From NCBI GenBank assembly GCA_021432655.1, contig MU271385.1, positions 49,665-69,664 of the forward strand: 20,000 nt of DNA. The letters run 5' to 3'. The notes beneath the pieces are model-generated. The model saw only the letters and a list, made by a program, of their open reading frames with translations. It had not been told where the DNA came from and ran no database searches. Source of the DNA: Atractiella rhizophila. Its lineage: Eukaryota. Position 1 is the stretch's first letter; each line of letters begins with the position of its first letter. The translations under genes were made by a program, and so were the position numbers. Below are positions 11,892 to 20,000 of the stretch, piece by piece.

Positions 11892-12783
11892 TTAAGAGAG
11901 ACTAGTAACCCTCCACCTGCGCTTCGTCCAATTTTGACTGGACCCTTCTTTTCTTCGAAAGTAAGAGAGAGGCAGAGGTAAATCCATCAGAAGGTGATCA
12001 TTTGGAGAATGTGAGACTAAAAATTGGGTGGATCCTGTTGCATTTTCTTCCCCTTCACCATTGCGGACAATATTCCTGGGAATGATTTGGTCGTCCATCT
12101 CATCATTTCTGCCTGGTTTTCGATAGGAAGGCAGATCAGCCCAACGAAGTTCCACCGAAGCGTTTCGCAGTGATTGTACACAAGGAGCAGAAATTGTAGG
12201 AGCAAAGGTAAGTTGATGTTGGTCGCGATCAAGGTGATGAGAAGGAAGGTGATCCTCTGCCAGAGGGTTCATCTGAAGGACATCTTTTTTATCATGCAGA
12301 TGACCCTTAGATTTGAGCATTGTGATAGAATCTTGCTGATCGATGAGTTCTAAGTCTTCTTCTCCATTCTTGACCCATTCGGTATCCTCTTCTATGGGAG
12401 AATATGAAGGAGGTGATGCAGCAGGAGGTTGAGAGAGCTCATCCTCTTCCTGGATCTTTTCCACATTGTAGGATGTCTGAAGCACAGGAGAGGATGGTGA
12501 CAGTGGAGGTGGAGAATGAGCAGGTTGGAGGACATCAGGCATATCTGCCTATCACAAACCCATTTCTAAACTGAATAAATTGAATAAAGGACAAACTGAC
12601 CTGGTATAATTCTGTGTTTATAACAATTCCATTCAGAGGTATATTTCGCTCTGATGGCCTGGTAATTGCAGGCTTCTTACCCTTGCCCACAGGAACAAGG
12701 TAAGGATTGAAATGTTCATGATAGTCATCAGTGACTCTAGCCAGTTCAGCTTGGCTGAGATTGGAGGGATAAGAATAAGACAT
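11892..12783 (-). CDS. Hypothetical orphan protein (MSYSYPSNLSQAELARV...), Pro/Ser/acidic-rich; 3' end uncertain
   Basis: ATG 12783 and intron 12549-12600 (GTCAGT...ATAG) join ORFs 12535-12882 and 11892-12542 in frame. No family recognised. Confidence 0.5.
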
Positions 12784-13138
12784 TTTGGTGAATGGAGAAT
12801 GTTGAGGAGAGTTGATGGTGGAATGCTGGTTGAGGTGGTGGGGATGCTGGTTGCCACCACAATTTTCAACAACAGAAACCACCTTTTATACCTATACAAT
12901 CCGCAGCACTGCGGAAGCAATCCGGTTTGATCTGACTCAGCTTAGTCTTGGCGGGCCCGAATACACTAGTTGGAGTTGCATTTTTGTCCTCAAACTGTTT
13001 CTGAAGTTCTGAAGAAAAGAAAAAGCAGATAGGTTGTTTGGTCGATATTGGTTCCTTTCCCGTCCGACTGACAACTACAACCAACCAACCAGAAGCAACT
13101 GCCAAAAAGTTTCCAGCTCATTCGAAACATCTCGGAAG

Positions 13139-14202
13139 ATGAGCATGAGCCTCCTGCGTCCTCTCTGTCGTTCTTTTCTCTGGGGACAGCCTTATTTCTG
13201 CCTCTCAACAGCCGTCTCCCTCCCAACGCGACTGTCCATCTCAGTCCGACATGCCTCCTCCTCCTCGTCCCCTCTAAAAATCCACGCCCTTTCCGCCGCT
13301 CCAGGGAGCATCAGAAAGGCACCTATTCTCCTTCTTCAGAGTGTACAGTAGGCTTATGTTTTTGTGTAGAGGAAAAGACTGGGTCGCGGCTCCTCTTCCG
13401 GGAAGGGAAACTCTGCAGGACGAGGAAACAAAGGACAGGGACAGCGAAAAGGGGTGTCACTGCTATTTGAAGGAGGACAAACACCAATGACAATCAAGTA
13501 TCCTAAGTTCGGACGGCCTGCAGGTCGCACGTTGTACGTCTTCTTCCTCTCTGTTTTGCTCACGGTTGTAACGGGACTGGTGTGGTGGGGAAGACGAAAG
13601 GAGAAACCTACAGCTCTGAACCTTGGGAGGATCCAAGAATGGATAGATAGCGGACGCTTGAACCCAGAGGAGGAGATCAACATGCGCCATCTTTATGTGT
13701 CTGGTTGCATTCATAACCTACGAAAAGGCGGCGTGAAGCTGCTAGGCTCTGTACGTCGCTCCGCCCACTCGTTCCAAGCTCAAGTGAATCGATGTGGTGC
13801 GGCGTATGAGTAGGACGCGACGAAATTGAAGGGAAAGATCAACATCGTCGTCTCCCGTGCATCCCAGACAGCCATCAAGCACATAGAATCATTAGGAGGT
13901 AGCGTGAAGTGCGAATATCACACTCCGCTGTCCCTGCGAGCACTGGTGAAGCCGCACACGTTCGAGAGGAAGGGAAGGCCGATACCTGGCCGACCGATGC
14001 CTGTGCGGAGGAAGGACGTGTTGTTTTATTCCAGGTGGGACAAGCGAGGTTAGTCCTTCTCCCAGCTTCTCTGCTCTTTACCCTGCAGCTGATTGATGTG
14101 TTGGTTGGGATAGGATACCTCGCGAATGAGTGGGCGGCGATGAAGGCTGCAAAGCCTTTGGTGTCACAAGTGAGTGAGGGAAAGATGGAGGCGAGCATAT
14201 AA
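13139..14202 (+). CDS. MRPL10: Mitochondrial ribosomal protein uL15m
   Basis: APGSIRK|RKRLGRGSSSGKGNSAGRGNKGQ, FEGGQTP, LGRIQEWID.GRL, GVKLLG, VSRASQTAI..IE.LGG and KRGYL. Introns 13319-13369 (GC-AG), 13534-13593, 13751-13813 and 14049-14113. Confidence 0.93.
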
Positions 14203-14483
14203 TGAAATCATAATTTGGTACATGCTGGGATAATAGTGGTTATTCTTCCATTCTACATGTGGCAAAGAGCAAATACAGTCCGTACATTCGTCCTTCGGAG
14301 GAGAGGATTCAGAAAGAAGTACACAGCAGAGAACATCTCAGAAAGCAGATTCCAGTCTTGACCCCACCACGATCTTCCTGAACCTTCAGCCCGCCTTCAA
14401 CCTCAACACCTACCATTAAACGTCATTAAACGTTCACTGCAAGCGTCCGACACTGCGAACATTCGAAGAAGCAAGTGAATGGA

Positions 14484-16052
14484 TCACTCGTCCGCAGGTC
14501 CGTACTTATCCTTCCAAATCCAACTATTCCCGACGATAGGCGTGCCCCCACTCTTCTCCGCCTTCCTATACCACGTCGCCGCCTTAAACTTATCCCTCTT
14601 CCCCCCTGGACCCCTACCGGCCAAATAAGCGTCTGCGAGACCGTTCATGGCGTCGGGGTCACCGAGGACGGCTGCCATCTCGAGGTACTCGAGACCCTTC
14701 CGCTCGTTCTTTTCGACGCCGAGACCAAAGAGGAAGGAGTTGGCGACTTCGTAGATTGCGAAGCGGAGGTAGGCTCGTTCTTCGTCGTTGCTGTTGTTGT
14801 TGCTACTACTGTTGGGGTTGGTGCTGGTGCTGTGGAGGGATTGTTGAAGGTCAACGATGGCTTCGGAAGCGGCGGAGCGAAGGTAGTGGAGTCCTTGGGC
14901 CTCGTTGGGTTGAATTCCCCATCCATGCCTGTGAGGAGATGGGGAGAACATCATCAACCTGGACCTCTTGCAGGATGATAGTAGAGGATAGGTAAGACGG
15001 AGGTACGAACCTAAGTGCCAAACCAGCCAAAATCTCGCCTCCCTTAGATCCCCTCTCCGCTAATTGAATAAACATCTTAGTGCTGAGTATCAACCTCGGA
15101 TCGTCCTCTACTGTTCCCAACTCGTCTCTCCTAATATGATGTTTCTTCTTTACGACAGTGCTCGCCTTCGACAGTGTATGAAGTTGGACTGCAAGGTGTA
15201 GAACGTCCTGGAGAGGGAGCGAGGCCAGTTTCTCATTCGTTATTGGTCCTCCATCCTTTTCCGCCCTGTCGGGGAAGAGCGCCAACTCGAGAGCGCTCAA
15301 CTGGATCGGAACGTGCGGATCGACTCTAGAAGAGCTCCTCGAGCGGGTGACGTTGAGCGGAGGTGGAGGGCTACTGAAGTCCGCGGCAGAAGAGGACGAG
15401 TCGGACTTTGCGTGTCCCCTACTGAAGAAGGCTGATAAGCGGCTCTTCCTCTTGGAGCTGACCGATGTAGGACTGCCAAGGTCCGAGGTAGGAGAGAGTG
15501 TGTCGTGGTCAACGGGTTGGAGGATGGTGTCGGCGGTGAGGATGGCCAGCGTGCGACTCTCTGGCGTGGAGCGGTCGGCGTCAAGGTCTTCTGGACGGAG
15601 GTTTGGAGGGACGAGGGAGACGCGAGAGGCGGAGCGCGAGCGGTTCTTTTCCGGTGTGCCGTTCGAGTTGGGTAGATATTCTGTAACACCATCACTCAAT
15701 CTATACTTAGCAAAAGAAAGAAGAACGTGCCAGAAGAATGCAATCCGCCGTCAATGACGCTGATGAGCGACTCGTCCTCCTTCTCACGATGAAAAGGGTT
15801 GAAGCTCCTCCGCTTCCTCTCCTTCCCTCCATTACCACCGCCTCCACTTGTAATAGAGTGCTGGGAGACGCGGGAGGAGGTTGAGGACACGGACGTGACG
15901 GAGAGATTCCTCGATAGCTGCGATATAGCGTCGTTGTACGCTGGATGGGTATTCTGGTACTGAGATGGATGGGGAAAGTCAAGCGAGTGCGGAGGGGCGA
16001 CAGGAGTCTGTGGTGGGATGATGTTTAGCTCTGGCGCTGGGGGAGACGACAT
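14484..16052 (-). CDS. Sel1-repeat protein, DSF2 / Nif1-like
   Basis: GLALRHGWG, AIYEVANSF.FG.GV, AA.LGDPDA, KFKAA.WYRKAE..G..IVGNSWIWKDKY. Introns 15681-15730 (GC-AG) and 14929-15010. Confidence 0.85.
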
Positions 16053-16314
16053 GCTTGGAGTTACTTGACGGAATATTGTTATCAGTATGTAAACTGTAAA
16101 GTAGTGAGAAGGTAATTGGGAGGTAATAAAGAAAAGGAAAAGGATTGATAAAGAGAACCAGTAAAGCGGCTTGGCAAGTGAAATTACGACAAGGTTCCGA
16201 AACACTGCCTTGTTCACTTCATTTTACATTACAGTAGGTCACATCCTCTTACAGTGTTGCACTCGTAATAACAATGCGATGAAGTCTGTGAAAGCAAATA
16301 AACAGTATTACATA

Positions 16315-16735
16315 TCACTCTTGCAGTAAAATCACATCAACATCATCATGAGCCCCTTGCAACAACATCTGACCCTCAAACGTAACGACTCCCTTCCTCT
16401 TCGCTGCTCGGAGAGTTCCATTGAGCGCCTCGACTGCCATCATAATGTTGTCCAAACAGCGCCGTCGACATTACACGAGCGAATGAGATCAAGCTCAGAT
16501 CAGATGCAGATGACGAATAGAGGGAAGAGGAGACGCACAGATGTTGCTGCATCGATCGTCCTTCACTATCTTCCCAAACTTGACCACTGCGACACCTTTC
16601 CCGTCAGCTGGCTTCTCTCCCAGTCGCTTGATCTCTACCTGTTAGGCCGACCGTCATTTATCGTTTCCCTCTGAAGATAGCTAATAGATATGTGCCCACC
16701 TTCAACAACTCGACTTCTTCGTCAATATTGACCAT
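16315..16735 (-). CDS. ABRACL: Costars family protein (ABRACL/HSPC280 homolog), 84 aa, 3 exons
   Basis: Exons 16735-16700, 16638-16539 and 16433-16315 with GT-AG introns of 61 and 105 nt give MVNIDEEVELLKVEIKRLGEKPADGKGVAVVKFGKIVKDDRCSNIFEALNGTLRAAKRKGVVTFEGQMLLQGAHDDVDVILLQE. This matches the Costars pattern (EI.RLG, VKFG, DD.C.N.FEAL.GTL.AAKR, LLQG.HDDVD..LLQ) end to end. Confidence 0.95.
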
Positions 16736-16916
16736 GATGGTAGATGTCACTTCTTGATGCACCGTCTACAGTGGAGGATAGATACTGTTAATAAAGGTGA
16801 AAGATGTGCAGAGATAGAGTTCAGGAAAGGAAGAGATTAGGTTCAATGCAACCAGGATGACAGAATCCGGCCGCTCTGACACAGTGGCAAATGATAAGAA
16901 CTGATTTGTTGAAAGT

Positions 16917-18688
16917 TCAACTTGACGTCTGCGTCTGCGTTGCAGTAACAGTATTGATCTGGAATGTACCTTCCCAACCACGTCAACAAGGTCTACCACA
17001 TCATGACACGGCTCACATTGAGGAAGAGTGGAAAAGTCTGCGGAAACTGTACAAGCCAGTCCGAGGTTGGTGAGCGCACCACGAATGGCGCCTGTCGGGA
17101 AGGAGAGGAACTAACCACCTCTCGATCAGCCAGGTTCGTCCGGATAAGAGCCATGGAATATGAAACGAAATAAAATGATAAATGAAAATGAATGCAATCG
17201 ATGAGAGTGACTAACCATCCGCGCTCGACGAACCACTTCCTCCTGAGCCGTCTCCAGCTCCCCGTCCTCCCCTTCTTTCCCACCCCATATCCATATCCCA
17301 CCCACCCGCCCTTCCCAGTCCTCCTCCCGCAAACCTGTTGTCCTACACCCACAACAAAATACCGCCAAGCATCAACCACCAAAATTTACAAAGCAAGGGG
17401 GAACAAAAATCGAACCTGTAGTACCCAGACTCCACGATGGTTCGTCCGGAGGTTATCGATCTGTTTCCCGTACAGAGTGATCCATAGATCCTTGCACACG
17501 AACTTGATGATCTCCAGCGGTTCCGGCTTCGGAGGCTCTTTCGACGTCGACGAAGGTCCGTGGGATGAAGACGCGTTGGGCATGTTTGGCGCCGGTTGAG
17601 CTTGGAGCGCAAATGGGGGACGGTCGCGCGTCAACCTTTCCGATCAATCCAAAAAATGTCACCTCCAGGTACACAGGGGAGGGGTTGGAGGAAATAGAAA
17701 CGAACCGCTCGGCCATTGCCCATCCGACTCTGTGTCCAATAGCGTCCAGTCGATGCCTCAACTCCCTCTCCTCCTCCTGTGTTAACACGGCGGCACTGGG
17801 ACGCGCCGAGTCGGTCGATGTTGTGGACGAGGATGGAAGCGGAGGGGGAACGTAGGAGGGATTGAAGAGTTGTAGGTCGTTGTGCACCATCGCTTCGAGA
17901 GCGGCGCGGGTGGAGGAGACGTGTAGGGTGGATTGGAGCAGGATGGAGATCATCTGTGTGTTTTCGCAGAGCGCATTAGTTAGTTGGGTTGGACAAGAGA
18001 CCTTCATTCATAGGGTTGGTGATGACTGTAAGACTTTGTTCCTCCCTTGAATCTGCCACTTTTACACGCGTTACAGCTTCAACCAAAAAGAAACATAGCA
18101 GCAAGTCGCAGAAATAGATTTGTGTCTGGTTCGTGCAGTTCTACACTGCATATCCGGAACTAGTCCTCCCAAGGAAGTTGGTATGAAGCAGGAAAATAGA
18201 TGAAGGACTATGCATACATATTATAAGATCATAGGTGAGTGGGAAAGATAAACTCAGTTAACAGAACAGTCAATCAGAAAGTTACGACGTTTTAACTTCA
18301 TTCGCTAACTTGTTGATATCATCTCAAATGTGCTCGACATCAACATATGCCTAAGATCCATAGTAGTGACACCCTTTCATCGACATCAAGTTGGAAACAA
18401 CATGAAGCAGAGCACTCTCCGTGTGAAAGGGAATGCTTTCGCGAACGAGAGCGCTTTGCAGAACACATATTCACAAGACAACCCATATTTTCTATACCAC
18501 CTTCGTCCAGAAAGTAAGGGACAAACCTCAGATCCGAAATAATCCCACACGAGACGATCTATCATGCCATCCTGTCTTTCCACGAGCCCCGTCACGGCGG
18601 AAGAGACGAGACTGGTTGAGGACCTGTTGCCTGCTCCGCCCGATGCTCCTGAAGCTGAGGGAGGGAAGGAGGGTGTGGAACGCGACAT
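16917..18688 (-). CDS. TRS33: TRAPP complex subunit Trs33/TRAPPC6; apparent +1 frameshift in exon 4 as assembled
   Basis: [10 protein letters not shown]...[50 protein letters not shown] and LPQCTFQI. Introns 17954-18526, 17636-17705, 17343-17415, 17111-17215 and 16970-17016. Confidence 0.88.
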
Positions 18689-18825
18689 TAGCCTTGGTTC
18701 TAGCAAATTCTATGGGCTACTCGAAATATAGATATTGCATCGGTTGAGTAATGCGACTGCATTGTTTATTACGTAGCAACAACAGCCAAAAGCAAAGATT
18801 CAAAGAAGAGGAGAAGGGAGAAGTG

Positions 18826-20000
18826 ATGCTGCCGTTCCTTCTGTCGAGTACTCTCGTAGCCTCCACTTCAGCGCTTTCGCCACACGCTCCCGCAGATCCG
18901 CTCTCCCACCCACGCTTCCAGGTGCACATCTCAGAGTCCTACCTCTACAACTCCACCGCCAACTCGCTCCTCAGCGACGGAAGGGCAATATGGGACTGGG
19001 GAGATGGGCACGAGGTGAGCATTCTGCGTCGTGGAGTCACCAGTACAAGTTGAGAGTTGAGGTGGCGCGATGAATAGCCTCAGGTCGAGGATCCACACCT
19101 GATGCGCACCAAAAGTGGACAGACCTTCCTCTGCTCCGTGCCCGTCCTTTCCCCTCCTTCTGTCCCTCAAGAAGACCCAACATCGACGACTGCCACTACG
19201 TCGGACGTGGACATCTCACCGGCGTCCCTTAACAATTCCCTCGCAGCTGGACTGGCCCTGTTGGAGCCAATGCGCGGACACTGCTTGTACTATGTCCGTC
19301 TTTCCTTCGTATTGTACTGTAGGGAGATCAGTATCCTGACAATCTGCGCTTTGTTGGGATGAAGAAATCAGGCTGGTTCACCTATTCGGTCTGCTATGGC
19401 AAACAGGTCCGACAATTCCACGAGATCCGGTCCCCTTCCAACCCATTACAACCGCTCGAAGACCCCTCGAACGACATCTACGTCCTTGGAAACTTTCCTT
19501 CCCTCCCCTCCTCCAAACCTCCATCTCCTCCCCCCGCCTCCTCCTCCGAAAAGCCGTCATCATCAGCCAGCTCAGAAACGGCATCCGCTGCAGTTGGCGA
19601 AGGAGAAGATGAACAGACAGTCTCCCTCGCTCCCTTCCATTCCACCGCACTGACCTCCCACGCCCTCTCCGCCCCTTCCCGCCGCAAGGGACACTACCTC
19701 CTCACCCACTGGACCTCCGGCACGATCTGCGACATGACCTCTCGTCCGCGCCGCGTGCAGGTAGAATACCACTGTTCCTCTTCCGCCCCGCTCGTAGACC
19801 GCATCGTCCTCATTAGGGAATTGGCCATTTGTGAATATAGCATCGTGGTTCATACCCCGAAGTTGTGTAAGGAGCAGGCGTTTGGGGATGTGGCGAAGGA
19901 GGATGAGGAGGGGAAGAAGATCGTTTGTAGACCGGTCGTCAGTGATGGCTGGACGGAGGAGCAGCCGTTGCCTACTCTAGGAGGCGAGGCGGAGCCTGAG
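18826..20000 (+). CDS. YOS9: ER lectin OS-9/Yos9 (MRH domain); 3' end outside window
   Basis: Signal-peptide-like start; CLYY|KSGWFTYSVCYGKQVRQFHE, W.SGTICDMT.RPR..QVEYHC and CEYSIVVHTPKLC. Introns 19015-19077 and 19294-19364. Confidence 0.9.

Noticed and set aside
12951..12970. CGGGCCCG palindrome followed by CTAGT, resembling a Helitron 3' end
   Set aside because: The palindrome is too short and loopless; no Rep/helicase motifs or matching 5' end seen.
16348..16674. 108-aa + strand ORF
   Set aside because: Antisense shadow of the Costars gene.
18281..18297. Similarity of GTTACGACGTTTTAAC to the antisense of the 18S rRNA 3' motif (possible snoRNA guide)
   Set aside because: Short, gapped, on the strand opposite the host gene and lacking flanking C/D boxes.

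Overview
Gene-dense eukaryotic DNA with many short introns (mostly 47-115 nt). It is fungal and probably basidiomycete, an inference from the gene set and the GTNCGT-type donors. Spliced models I could build: an amidase 3' part (+), AVT2-like amino-acid transporter (-), ERF2-like DHHC palmitoyltransferase (+), COX24/mS38 (-), an orphan gene in a CpG-depleted island (-), uL15m/MRPL10 (+), a DSF2/Nif1-like Sel1-repeat protein (-), TRS33 (-) and YOS9 (+, truncated). The main finding is a three-exon, 84-aa Costars/ABRACL gene (16315-16735, -) that is invisible in the ORF track and belongs to a family I recall being described as absent from fungi. Other oddities are two near-identical intragenic tandem duplications (one frameshifts COX24 but creates an AG|GT...AG|GT proto-intron), a +1 frameshift and a 573-nt intron in TRS33, two GC-AG introns and many AAG acceptors. 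All gene models and counts were made by eye; no database searches were run.
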